Shown here: positions 10,024 to 19,698 of the stretch, in pieces | How positions within the stretch are numbered: position 1 is the first letter of the stretch | Layout of the letters: each line of letters starts with the position of its first letter | Assembly (NCBI GenBank): GCA_001683985.1 | Contig: MAEO01000044.1 | Coordinates: 18,850-82,849, forward strand | Origin: Smithella sp. M82 | Lineage (GTDB): Bacteria; Desulfobacterota; Syntrophia; Syntrophales; Smithellaceae | Reading direction: 5' to 3' | DNA length: 64,000 nt | Made by a program: the position numbers and the translations under genes | The notes under the pieces: model-generated | Told to the model about the DNA's origin: nothing | Seen by the model: only the letters and a program-made list of their open reading frames with translations | The model's database searches: none

Positions 10024-10962
10024 GTGAATAGTAAAAAGCTTATCGGCATAATAGTAAGCGCTATAATTTTTAGTCTTTGTGCGTACTACATTATTTATTG
10101 CTTCCAATGGCATGCTATCTCTCAACTTCTAGTGCATGTAGATTGGAAATTGATGCCGGTCGCAGTTATCGTAACGATTCTGTCTTTCTGGCTATTACGA
10201 ACAATGCGTTGGTTCACTCTGCTTAAAGCTTCTGGTATTAACGTTAATTTTTTTCACTTATATCTTGCAGGATCAATCTCCATTGCTTTTGCCACAATTA
10301 CACCGTTTCTGTCCGGTGAAGTATTGAAAGTGGAATTATTGAAAAAAACAGGCGATCTGGAAAGAATTCCCGGGTACGGCATCTTTATTACAGAGAGAAT
10401 TTTAGACTTATTAATTGTCTTGCTGATGGCTGTACTAAGTACTGTCTTCGGAGTTTCAAAATTTTTAGGCAGTGAGATTATATTCCCTGCGGCAGGACTA
10501 TTACTTATTTGTTTATTAATTTTCTTTATAATTATTCAGCGAATATCCCCGACCAATCCCATTGGTCATTTTTTTCAACCATTCAAGCAATGTGTTAGAA
10601 ATGGCGTTGTTATGACAACTGTTATTTTGCTTTCAATCGCAAGTTGGTTTATTATTATTTTAGGATGGTATGCATGCCTGCGCAGTATTTCCATTTCAAT
10701 TAATTTTCCGGAAATGATCGCGCTGACTACCATCACTACCGTAATCGGCATTTTAAGTCTGGTCCCCGGCGCTCTGGGAATAAGCGAAGTAAGCATTTCT
10801 TGTTTCCTTGTTTATCTCCATCAGGATATTACTTATGCTCAGGCAGGCGCGCTTATAATCAGATTTTACGGCGTTATGGCTTTGATTTTAGGATTTGTGC
10901 ATTTTTTCCCTTTTTGGAAGCTGATACGTGCCGAAAGACAAATATCTACTGATGTTGATTAA
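10024..10962 (+). CDS. Flippase-like membrane protein (lysylphosphatidylglycerol synthase TM / UPF0104 family)
   Basis: About 8 TM segments; LRTMRW, TPFLSGEVLK, ERILD, PGALGISE and R..FY motifs. GTG start. Confidence 0.8.
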   Translation: MNSKKLIGIIVSAIIFSLCAYYIIYCFQWHAISQLLVHVDWKLMPVAVIVTILSFWLLRTMRWFTLLKASGINVNFFHLYLAGSISIAFATITPFLSGEVLKVELLKKTGDLERIPGYGIFITERILDLLIVLLMAVLSTVFGVSKFLGSEIIFPAAGLLLICLLIFFIIIQRISPTNPIGHFFQPFKQCVRNGVVMTTVILLSIASWFIIILGWYACLRSISISINFPEMIALTTITTVIGILSLVPGALGISEVSISCFLVYLHQDITYAQAGALIIRFYGVMALILGFVHFFPFWKLIRAERQISTDVD

Positions 10963-10998
10963 ATGAATAAATTTATTTTTAAAAAGAGCCTTTAAAAA

Positions 10999-11874
10999 AT
11001 GAAGGTATGCCCCCGTTGCAATAATGAATTATTTAATGAATCATCATGTGGATTTTGCGGTTTTACTGCAAAAATGATTGATGGTTTTATGGCTTTTGCT
11101 CCGGAACTCGCTACAGGTAACGATAATTTTGAGTCTAATGCGCATGAAAGGCTATTTAAGAGTGAGAATAGCTGCTTCTGGTTTCCGGAACGGAACAAAT
11201 TACTAACCTGGGTAATGAAAAAATATTTTCCCTTTGCGGAATCTTTTTTGGAAGTAGGTTGCGGGACCGGTTATGTTCTCAGCGGATTGTCTTTAACATT
11301 TTCAGGAATCAGGTATACCGGAGCCGATATCTTTACAAGCGGTCTTAAATTTGCTGCATCAAGGGCACCGCAAGCAGAATTTATGCAAATGGATGCGCGT
11401 AGAATTCCCTTCAATAATGAATTCGACGTAATAGGTGCCTTCGATATGATCGAACATGTAGACGAAGATGAACAGGTGCTAAGTCAGATGTATAAGGCCT
11501 TACGGCCCGGAGGAGGAATAATCATCACGGTTCCTCAGCATGAATGGTTATGGAGCGCGGCAGATGATCAGGGTTTTCATAAAAGAAGGTATACCCGCAC
11601 TATACTGGGAGAAAAAGTAACAAAGAATGGATTTGAAGTTATCAGAATGATATCATTTATGAGTCTGTTGTTGCCCGTTATTATTTTACTCCGGTGGCGT
11701 TATTTATTTTATTCAAAAAAAGCTATAGAAAAAAGTGTCAAGAAAGAAATAAAGATTAATTCCGTTCTGAATTATTTATTCGGCGTTATTTGTAAATTGG
11801 AAACGCAAATGATAAAAACAGGTTTTTCATTTCCTGCAGGTGGTTCTTTGCTGTGCATAGCAAAAAAGAGGTGA
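10999..11874 (+). CDS. Class I SAM-dependent methyltransferase with N-terminal CxxC..CxxC knuckle
   Basis: LEVGCGTG, FDVIGAFDMIEH, LRPGG, ITVPQH..LWS..D...HKRRY. Confidence 0.88.
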   Translation: MKVCPRCNNELFNESSCGFCGFTAKMIDGFMAFAPELATGNDNFESNAHERLFKSENSCFWFPERNKLLTWVMKKYFPFAESFLEVGCGTGYVLSGLSLTFSGIRYTGADIFTSGLKFAASRAPQAEFMQMDARRIPFNNEFDVIGAFDMIEHVDEDEQVLSQMYKALRPGGGIIITVPQHEWLWSAADDQGFHKRRYTRTILGEKVTKNGFEVIRMISFMSLLLPVIILLRWRYLFYSKKAIEKSVKKEIKINSVLNYLFGVICKLETQMIKTGFSFPAGGSLLCIAKKR

Positions 11875-11879
11875 TATTT

Positions 11880-13028
11880 ATGACAAAAATTAAGATTCCA
11901 TTTAACAAACCATTTATTGCCGGGAAAGAACTTTTTTATATAGCACAGGCCGTTATTGATAATCACCATACAGCCGGCGACGGTCCCTTTACAAAAAAGT
12001 GCCATGCATGGCTGGAAGAACATCTGGGATGCCGTAAAGCGTTGCTGACACATTCCTGCACTGCGGCTTTGGAAATGGCGGCAATTCTGGCGAATATAGG
12101 ACCCGGTGATGAAATCATCATGCCTTCATATACATTTGTTTCTACGGCCAATGCTTTTGTACTGCGGGGAGGTGTACCGGTATTCGTGGATATCCGACCA
12201 GACACTCTTAACATAAACGAAAATCTGATTGAAAAAGCCATTACAACCAGAACCAAAGCCATTCTACCGGTTCATTATGCCGGTGTATCCTGCGAAATGG
12301 ATATAATAATGGATATTGCTGAAAGACATAAACTTCTTGTGATTGAAGATGCCGCTCAAGGAATCATGTCCACCTACAAAGGACGTCAATTGGGAACAAT
12401 CGGTCATTTCGGCGCCTGTTCATTTCATGAAACAAAAAATATCATTTCGGGAGAGGGTGGAGCATTACTTATCAATGACGAAAAATTTGCTGAACGGGCC
12501 GAAATTATCCGCGAAAAAGGCACCAATCGCAGTAAATTCTTTCGTGGACAGGTTGACAAATATACATGGGTTGATATCGGGTCATCCTATCTCCCCAGCG
12601 ACATAATAGCGGCTTTTCTTTACGCACAAATGGAAAATGCCGATCAGATTATCGCCAGACGAAATTTTATTTATGATTTGTACATGAAAGACTTAAAATC
12701 TCTTGCAGAAAAAGATTATATTCAGCTTCCTTATATACTCAATAATTGTAGCAGTAATGCCCATTTATTTTATGTAATAACAAGATCATTAAAAGAAAGA
12801 ATGAACTTAACTGAATTTTTAAAAGAGCGGGGCATACTAGCAGTGTTTCATTATGTACCACTTCACAGTTCTCCAGCCGGGAAATTGTATGGCCGGACAC
12901 ATGGAAATATGAATTTTACCGGGAGAGTAAGCGATTGCCTGTTGCGTCTGCCGCTATACTATGAAATGACGGATAACGATGTTCATTCTGTAACGGAGGC
13001 TATCATAGACTTCTATAAAAATAGCTGA
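11880..13028 (+). CDS. wecE: dTDP-4-amino-4,6-dideoxygalactose transaminase
   Basis: IPFNKP, SCTAALEMAA, EDAAQG, SFHETKN (PLP Lys), EKGTNRS.F.RGQVDKYTWVD and FHYVPLHSSPAG. GAGGTG RBS before ATG 11880. Confidence 0.92.
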   Translation: MTKIKIPFNKPFIAGKELFYIAQAVIDNHHTAGDGPFTKKCHAWLEEHLGCRKALLTHSCTAALEMAAILANIGPGDEIIMPSYTFVSTANAFVLRGGVPVFVDIRPDTLNINENLIEKAITTRTKAILPVHYAGVSCEMDIIMDIAERHKLLVIEDAAQGIMSTYKGRQLGTIGHFGACSFHETKNIISGEGGALLINDEKFAERAEIIREKGTNRSKFFRGQVDKYTWVDIGSSYLPSDIIAAFLYAQMENADQIIARRNFIYDLYMKDLKSLAEKDYIQLPYILNNCSSNAHLFYVITRSLKERMNLTEFLKERGILAVFHYVPLHSSPAGKLYGRTHGNMNFTGRVSDCLLRLPLYYEMTDNDVHSVTEAIIDFYKNS

Positions 13029-13130
13029 TAGAAATCCCCTGTAAGCATAATAAGTAAATGCTAAACTGGCAGATCAACTATATCGAACCTGGCGACATTT
13101 TGATATTTATTCATAAATAAAAAAGGGAGG

Positions 13131-15089
13131 ATGTTAATGAACGAAGAGAAAGAAGGCCAAGACATAACCATTCAACCAGTCACCGATCAGATTAACACTC
13201 AGAATAATCGTCCATCAATGTTACCTACTTTCTCCGCCTTTTCTGAAAAACTAGCTTCTTTCCGTTATCTGAAATGGATAATAATAATACTCCTGCCTGT
13301 CTTAATTCTGCTTAGAAATCCCGTGGAACAATTAGATACCGATTTATGGTGGCAAATGGCGCTTGGTAAATATTATATTACTCACCATACCCTTATCGCA
13401 GATCATTCGATATTTTCCTGGACACCAACAGACCCGACCTGGATTTACAACACTTGTTTGGGAAGTATTGCTTTCTATCTGGTCTACACCATCATGGGAG
13501 GATTCGGCTTGTGGACACTTCAATGGTCAATATTCCTCGGTGTTTTTCTTTCATTTTATTTTTTTCTTCGTTTGATTCAGCGGCAGCTCGACATAACCAG
13601 TGTTACTATTATTGCTGCCGTTGGTATAGTGTGTTCTCTTGCCTGCTGTTTCTATAAACCGGAAATATTCTCAGCACTTATGTTTTGCTGGACAGCATAT
13701 ATCTTCTTCCATGTCAAGATTACCCGTCGCATATTTCTTCTTTATTTTTATCCTTTAATCTTTGCCCTATGGGTTAATCTTCACGGTGCCTTCATTTTCG
13801 GAATATTTTTTCTTGCTCTTATCTCTGTAGGCGAGCTTTTAAATAGAATTTTTTTCCAAAAAGAATCTTTTACATTTAAAGAATTAGCTCATCTGGGTAC
13901 AGCTTGCGTTCTTTCTTTAGCAGCCACTTTGCTTAATCCTTACGGCATACATTACCTGCTGGATATTTATAATGGAATAACATCCAATGCTTATATGACC
14001 TTAATCAATAAATATATTCTGGCCTATTTGAGCTTGTGGCAATACCTGGTAGATTTCAGCGATTCCTTTTTCAGATTGGGGCAAACTGCCTGGATTATGA
14101 CCATAATGATATTTTTTATGGGCTGCCTTCTCCTCTATGAATTTATAAAAAAGAGATCTTTGGATTTTACACTGTTGATTGTAAACGTTGCCTTGTACTG
14201 GAAAGGTATGGAAACAAGTAGAGCATCTTATTTCTTTCCTGTCGCCTTTTTCTTCTCATTCTTTTACCTGCTTCACCGTTTGAAATTAAAAAATATTCTA
14301 AACAGAACAACCCTCTTATCTTTGCTGCTTTTCCTTTTCTTCTTTATCAATATTTCTTATTTTAATATCAGATACGGCGCCGGGTTTACATGGTTTGGCA
14401 CCGGTCTTGATAATTTCGTTCCGGTAAAAGAAGTATCTTTTCTGAAAAAGTACCATCCGGAAGGACCGATCTTCAACGACTATGTTATCGGCGGGTACCT
14501 GGTATGGGCTCTCTATCCAGACTACAAGGTTTTTATTGATCCACGTTGTAGTCCTTTCAGGAACCAGACTTTCCCCGACTATATGGCTTTTACCAACGTT
14601 CGTGTGACCGGTAAGGATATTGAGCGTTTCAGAGAAAAATACCCCTTTAAAATTGCAGTACTGCATTATCGGCAAATCGTCTTGATTTATGACTTCCTCA
14701 GAGCAGGAGGAGATTGGAGGCTACTGTACTTTGAACAAAATGCAGCTATTCTGATCCATAAATCATTACTTCCCTCTATCTCACCGGAAATGGGCGCTGT
14801 TGATCTCAGCCCGTTACGCTTCAGAAATGTTACAAACCCGCAGGTTCTACTTAATATTTTTCTTTTTTATCTTAATGTGAATCCGAAAGCCGCTCGGTTT
14901 ATTTACGACGTCTATAAAAACAATGTCAGCGACTATTACATAATGAAAAAAGAACATCTGCAAGGAATGGATGTTTCAATCCGATTGAAGGAAATTGAAG
15001 CTAAGGTCGCAAAAAAAGGACGTAAATTAGCTGCACCCCTTTCGGGCATTGCATCTGGAAAAACTGATATGAAATCTGTGCGAAATTAA
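13131..15089 (+). CDS. Polytopic membrane protein, probable GT-C-fold glycosyltransferase
   Basis: DTDLWWQ acidic motif after TM1, about 11-13 TMs, LWVNLHGAF, LLNPYG, and a soluble C-domain with IFNDY.IGGYL and VFIDPR. Confidence 0.6.
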   Translation: MLMNEEKEGQDITIQPVTDQINTQNNRPSMLPTFSAFSEKLASFRYLKWIIIILLPVLILLRNPVEQLDTDLWWQMALGKYYITHHTLIADHSIFSWTPTDPTWIYNTCLGSIAFYLVYTIMGGFGLWTLQWSIFLGVFLSFYFFLRLIQRQLDITSVTIIAAVGIVCSLACCFYKPEIFSALMFCWTAYIFFHVKITRRIFLLYFYPLIFALWVNLHGAFIFGIFFLALISVGELLNRIFFQKESFTFKELAHLGTACVLSLAATLLNPYGIHYLLDIYNGITSNAYMTLINKYILAYLSLWQYLVDFSDSFFRLGQTAWIMTIMIFFMGCLLLYEFIKKRSLDFTLLIVNVALYWKGMETSRASYFFPVAFFFSFFYLLHRLKLKNILNRTTLLSLLLFLFFFINISYFNIRYGAGFTWFGTGLDNFVPVKEVSFLKKYHPEGPIFNDYVIGGYLVWALYPDYKVFIDPRCSPFRNQTFPDYMAFTNVRVTGKDIERFREKYPFKIAVLHYRQIVLIYDFLRAGGDWRLLYFEQNAAILIHKSLLPSISPEMGAVDLSPLRFRNVTNPQVLLNIFLFYLNVNPKAARFIYDVYKNNVSDYYIMKKEHLQGMDVSIRLKEIEAKVAKKGRKLAAPLSGIASGKTDMKSVRN

Positions 15090-15180
15090 TTTTAAAACCT
15101 CAATATCTATTATAAAAATTTTTAAAAAAAATATATAAATCGTAAAAAATTAAAACTTTTATTTATTTTCCTTCTCGTTC

Positions 15181-15210
15181 CATAGTTCCCTTTTGCATAG
15201 GGAAACTATG
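15181..15210. terminator. Hairpin downstream of the membrane-protein gene, possible terminator
   Basis: Inverted repeat CATAGTTCCCT...AGGGAAACTATG; weak U-tract. Confidence 0.35.
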
Positions 15211-15397
15211 AGTGAAAATTATTATCTGTCAAAATAATTTTAAATTAGACTTTTTGCCGCATATATCAAGAATAAAAAAGTTGAATTTGATGATTAGTTG
15301 TGCAAGTCTTTGAAATAAAAAATTTGAATCACATACATTTTCAAAACACAAGATCAAATTTAATGTTCAGCCATAAAAATATTGACCAGGAGAATAA

Positions 15398-16138
15398 ATG
15401 AGTTCAGTCTCGTCCAACGTATTTCTTTCAGATATCGATAAGGAGCGGTTTGGTATCCAGACCGCAAGAGTTGTAGGAGTAACCGTTGAAAGCTTATCCT
15501 CTATATTGGAATTTTGCAGGATGGAACAGGTAAAGTTGCTGATTGCCCGTTGCAGTATGTTCGATCTGGAAACAGCCCAGACCATGGAAAGAGATGGCTT
15601 TCTGTTAATGGATACTCTTGTTTATTACACACTTGATCTCGCAAAGAAAAAGATTCCTTCTAATAATAGCGTAATCTATTTCAGACCCATACGCGCTGAT
15701 GAAGAGGAAGAAATGGCTTCTGTTGCCGTAGAATCATTTCGCGGCTATTTTGGACATTATCATGCTGATCAAAAACTGGACAAGTACAAGTGTGATGAAG
15801 CATATGTTGACTGGGCGCGTAAAGCCTTCGCCTCCAGAGGATCTGACGAAAACTTTCAGATTGCCGAAATAGATGGCAGGATAGTGGCATTTGGTGTTTT
15901 CAGGATAAACAGCCCGGATGAAGGTGAATTGTTTTTAGGCGGCATACATCCGGAATTTCACGGCCAGGGCATTTATCAGGCATTTTTATACAGAGCAATG
16001 GATTGGTGCTTATCAAAAAATGTTAAAAGGATAGTTATCTCTACCCAAATTAACAATATCGCCGTACAAAAAATTCTAACAAGATTCGGATTCGAGATTA
16101 CCAAAGGATACTATACTTTTCATAAATGGTTCGATTAG
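15398..16138 (+). CDS. GNAT acetyltransferase, dTDP-fucosamine acetyltransferase (WecD/RffC)-like
   Basis: DKERFG N-terminus, GHYHAD..L....DEAY.DW, HPEFHGQG, STQINNIAVQK...GF and FHKW end. Confidence 0.75.
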   Translation: MSSVSSNVFLSDIDKERFGIQTARVVGVTVESLSSILEFCRMEQVKLLIARCSMFDLETAQTMERDGFLLMDTLVYYTLDLAKKKIPSNNSVIYFRPIRADEEEEMASVAVESFRGYFGHYHADQKLDKYKCDEAYVDWARKAFASRGSDENFQIAEIDGRIVAFGVFRINSPDEGELFLGGIHPEFHGQGIYQAFLYRAMDWCLSKNVKRIVISTQINNIAVQKILTRFGFEITKGYYTFHKWFD

Positions 16139-16174
16139 CCGGTCATCATGGTTCAGTATTTAAATCTAAAGCGA

Positions 16175-16719
16175 TCAAACTATATCTTCATTCCTGAAAC
16201 GCCAGAATAATATCGTGCCCAAAGTTAAGCAGCAGAAAATAGCATTGATAAGTGTGTAGATATAGGAGAATCCCGGGAAACCATTAAACCCGACTATAAA
16301 CAAAGAAGCGAAATGCTGTAAACCGGAAAGTTTGGGCCACAAATAATAAATCGTTTCCCACCCTGCCGAACCTGACTGCAAAGGCACAAATTGGAATAGG
16401 TTCCTGCTTTAGTGTGTTCCCTGCCCTGCATGCCAATGCTTTCGACAATTCGCTGACATTGCTCCTGTGCATCGGACCGCTTTACATTCAACAGTTCCGC
16501 GCAACGTTGCAGATACTGCCATCCGGAAAGATAAGGAGGGATACGATAATTTTCCGCCAGGTAACCAACCGCAGCGCGACTGGCCGCGTTTGCGCTGGGA
16601 ACACCATTTACCGATAAGCTTCCTGACGTCGGCCGTGTAAAGTCAAGGAGCATTCTGACGACTGTGGTTTTTCCAGCACCGTTGGGTCCGAGTAGAGCAA
16701 AACAATCTCCCTTTTCCTC
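16175..16719 (-). pseudogene. Collapsed ABC transporter: ATPase N-half joined to a permease C-terminus
   Basis: Walker A LLGPNGAGKTT lies upstream of ORF 16294..16653. The match breaks at AGTYS, just before the signature motif. The overlapping ORF 16175..16387 ends like a permease (hydrophobic...FWRFRNEDIV). Confidence 0.75.
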
Positions 16720-16774
16720 TGAAAATACACATCTAAGTTATTGTTTATATTGTTATTTAAAAACTATCCTCATC

Positions 16775-16847
16775 AAATCCCCCCTCAATCCCCCTTTTCT
16801 AAAGGGGGAAGTTCCCCTCATGGGCAAAGAGGGGTTAGGGAAGATTT
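16775..16847. repeat. REP-like palindromic element (CCCCCTTT..AAAGGGGG type)
   Basis: AAATCCCCCCTCAATCCCCCTTTTCTAAAGGGGGAAGTTCCCCTCATGGGCAAAGAGGGGTTAGGGAAGATTT: two stem-loops with inverted ends. Confidence 0.7.
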
Positions 16848-16980
16848 TCATGCTCCTTTGTGACGGATACCGTCATGTGGGTTTCAACTGAAAAAGAAAT
16901 ATCATCAACGGCAATAAGCGTCCCATACATATTCGAAATATATTTACGCCGATCCGGTATGTCAATAAAGGAACATTTTT

Positions 16981-17226
16981 TTATTTTTCTTTTTCAGCGT
17001 CTTCGCTTAATTTTTTGTTTTCTTCTTCAGTAATTTTGTTAGCCCGGTTTACCAAATCGCTCGCCTTACGGGCATTTCCTATCGCCGATTGAGCCTGTTC
17101 AACACCACCCATCATCATCGTGGTCATCGGTTTGGCAAAATATTTCGACCATAAAATTACGGCACCGATGAGCGCCGCAATCAATAGAATTACAGCCCAC
17201 ACAGAAACACCTTTTTCGTTTTTCAT
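16981..17226 (-). CDS. Small single-TM protein with a pilin-like (class III signal-like) N-terminus
   Basis: MKNEKG|VSVWAVILLIAALIGAVILW followed by an amphipathic helix. GGAGGG RBS upstream. Confidence 0.6.
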   Translation of the reverse strand: MKNEKGVSVWAVILLIAALIGAVILWSKYFAKPMTTMMMGGVEQAQSAIGNARKASDLVNRANKITEEENKKLSEDAEKEK

Positions 17227-17361
17227 TATTTCGGCCCTCCATTATTAATAAGTTCCCTTAAAAACAATCTTTGATCAGGTAATGCCTGACTTCTACCTTT
17301 TAACTTGCTCTATCATTATACATAAAAAAGAAAAAGGTAGCGCAATGCAGAGTTTTTTTCT

Positions 17362-17649
17362 TTGTGGCTTGTAAGGACACACCATGTAGAATATTTACGC
17401 CCGGCGTTTATGGGAGAAGAAATAGCGGTTCTAACATGGGTATCCGATTTTCGCCGTGTACAATCCCTTCGCAAATATAGAGTCATTCGCGTCAAAGACA
17501 ATGCCATTCTGGTTGAAGGTGCAACCGATTGGGTCTTCGTTGACGCTCAAACCGGTCGACTGCGTTCAATACCAGAAAATGTTATGGCTGCATTCGAAAT
17601 ATTGCCTAAAGAAAAAGAAACAGAGATTTTAAAATACGAAAATAAATAA
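17362..17649 (+). pseudogene. 5'-truncated acyl-CoA thioesterase (4HBT/YbgC family)
   Basis: WLVRTHHVEYLRPAFMGEEI...GATDWVFVD..TGR...IP is the C-terminal hotdog half. The N-terminal D..GHVNN motif is missing. Confidence 0.65.
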
Positions 17650-17851
17650 TGACAGACTGAATATTTTTTGTTGAATAAAACGCCACAAACAAAATCAATA
17701 ATTCGTAAATAGCATAACGGTTATATATTTATCGGTGATTTACCTGTTAATTTTAGTTGTCATTTAATGTTTTAATGTATAATATTGCACAGCGGATAAA
17801 TTAATCTAACATTAGATAATCCAAATTTTTAATTTAATAAGGAGGTTTACC

Positions 17852-18235
17852 ATGGAAAAGAAATCCGTAATTTCAACAGGCATCTTTTGTGTATTGTTAT
17901 TTGCTTTAACGGTTTTTTGTCTTTTGCCGCAAACTTCTTATGCCGACGCACCAAAAGATGTAAAAATCGAATATGATTCCAACGCGCAAACCCTGGCCGT
18001 AACAATAACGCATAAATCATTATTCCCCGGTTTCCATCACATTAAAACTGTCGAGATCAAGAAAAATTCTGTCGTAATCAGCACAAATAATTATGACACA
18101 CAGCCAAAAGAAGCACCATTTACTTACACCTATAAAGTAAACGCCTCAGCAGGCGATAAACTGGATGCAACGGCAACCTGTAATTTGTCCGGAAGCAAAA
18201 CTGCAACTATTACAGTTTCCGGCACTGCAAAGTAA
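17852..18235 (+). CDS. Secreted small beta-rich hypothetical protein
   Basis: AGGAGG RBS, signal peptide ending SYA|DAP, and the motif ITH..HHIKTVEI...QP...F.Y.Y...GD...ATCNLSG. Confidence 0.75.
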   Translation: MEKKSVISTGIFCVLLFALTVFCLLPQTSYADAPKDVKIEYDSNAQTLAVTITHKSLFPGFHHIKTVEIKKNSVVISTNNYDTQPKEAPFTYTYKVNASAGDKLDATATCNLSGSKTATITVSGTAK

Positions 18236-18247
18236 AATTAATAACTA

Positions 18248-19585
18248 ATGCAAGAAAATAATTGGGATATAGCAATCACAGGCGGAACATTGATAACCAT
18301 GTCTGCCGGAATGGAAATCATTGAAGATTCTCTGGTCGGCATTAAAGATGGTTTAATTTCTGCGGTTGGACGAAATAATGACCCGAATTTCTCAACCTTC
18401 AAGGCAAAAGAGTTGATCAATGCATCCGGCTGTATCGTTATGCCCGGATTGGTCAATACGCATACGCACATTCCGATGGTATGCTTCCGGGGTATGGCTG
18501 ATGATTTGCAACTAATGGAGTGGCTGAGTAAGCATATTTGGCCGGTGGAGATGCGTTTCATCAGTAAAAAATTGGTCTATGACGGCGCTATGCTGGCCAT
18601 GGCCGAAATGATTCTTTCCGGCACGACAACTTTTTGTGACAGCTATTTTTTTGAAGATACCACTGCAGAAACGATCAGCCTTGTCGGAATGCGGGCTGTC
18701 GTATCGCAGGGATTTGCCGATATATTCATGTCGGATAAGGCCAAGGCCGACAAAATGATGAGAGTAGCCGGGCGCTTTGTAAATCGGTGGCAGCCTCATG
18801 CACCAATGATTACACCGGCATATTTTTGTCATTCTCCTTATACTTGTTCACCCGATACACTTACCCGGGTAAAGGAAGATGCCCGCGAAAAAGGTATTCT
18901 ATATCTGTTACATTTACTCGAAAATAAAGACGAGACAGATACCATTCTGGACCGATACGGCAAAAAACCTGTGCATCTTTTATATGATCTGGGTGTTCTG
19001 GATGAACAAACCATCGCCGTTCACTGCAACTGGCTTAGCAAAGAAGACATGGCTGTTTTTGCTGATCTTGGTGTTAAGGTTTCGCATAATCCGGAAAGTT
19101 CCATGAAATTGGCTTCAGGAGTTGCTCCTGTCCCTGGAATGTTGCGTCAAGGCATAACCGTGGGACTGGGGACTGACGGATGCGCCAGCAATAACGATCT
19201 GGACATGATTCGGGAAATGGATACGGCAGCAAAAATTCACAAAGTTACATCAATGGATCCTACGGTGATGAACGCGGAAACCGTTTTAAAAATGGCAACC
19301 ATCGAAGGATCAAAAGTATTGGGATTGGATAAATTTATTGGTTCTATTGAAACAGGTAAACAAGCTGATATTATTTTGGTAGATATGAATCAGCCTCATC
19401 TGACTCCGCTTTATAATTACTATTCCCAGCTTGTCTATGCTTCCAGAGGCGCCGATGTAAAGACCAGCATTATCAACGGCAAAATTGTTATGAAAAACAG
19501 GCAACTACTTACCATTGATTATGAAACCGCAATGGACAATGTAAACAATATTGCGGCTGAAATAATCAATCAGAAGTTGCGATAA
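18248..19585 (+). CDS. mtaD: Amidohydrolase, MTA/SAH (or 5'-deoxyadenosine) deaminase
   Basis: PGLVNTHTH, HSPYTCS, HLLE, AVHC, HNPESSMKLASG and LGTDGCASNNDLD. Confidence 0.85.
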   Translation: MQENNWDIAITGGTLITMSAGMEIIEDSLVGIKDGLISAVGRNNDPNFSTFKAKELINASGCIVMPGLVNTHTHIPMVCFRGMADDLQLMEWLSKHIWPVEMRFISKKLVYDGAMLAMAEMILSGTTTFCDSYFFEDTTAETISLVGMRAVVSQGFADIFMSDKAKADKMMRVAGRFVNRWQPHAPMITPAYFCHSPYTCSPDTLTRVKEDAREKGILYLLHLLENKDETDTILDRYGKKPVHLLYDLGVLDEQTIAVHCNWLSKEDMAVFADLGVKVSHNPESSMKLASGVAPVPGMLRQGITVGLGTDGCASNNDLDMIREMDTAAKIHKVTSMDPTVMNAETVLKMATIEGSKVLGLDKFIGSIETGKQADIILVDMNQPHLTPLYNYYSQLVYASRGADVKTSIINGKIVMKNRQLLTIDYETAMDNVNNIAAEIINQKLR

Positions 19586-19620
19586 TATTCAAACGTAGCG
19601 TTCTCAAATATAAAATGACA

Positions 19621-19649
19621 TTGACACAAAGGTTAATATTACCTATATT
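19621..19649 (+). promoter_or_regulatory. sigma70-type promoter for the kinase gene
   Basis: TTGACA-17 nt-TATATT, about 50 nt upstream of ATG 19699. Confidence 0.55.
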
Positions 19650-19698
19650 TTTCGGCGCAACAACTTATGTATAAACCCATGTTTAAAGGCTATTAATT

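Noticed and set aside
16664-16891. 75-aa plus-strand ORF containing KSPLNPPFLKGE
   Set aside because: It is the antisense of the ABC Walker A plus a translation of the REP-like element.
17757-17783. TTGTCA...TATAAT promoter upstream of 17852
   Set aside because: The spacer is only 15 nt in very AT-rich DNA; plausible but not supportable.
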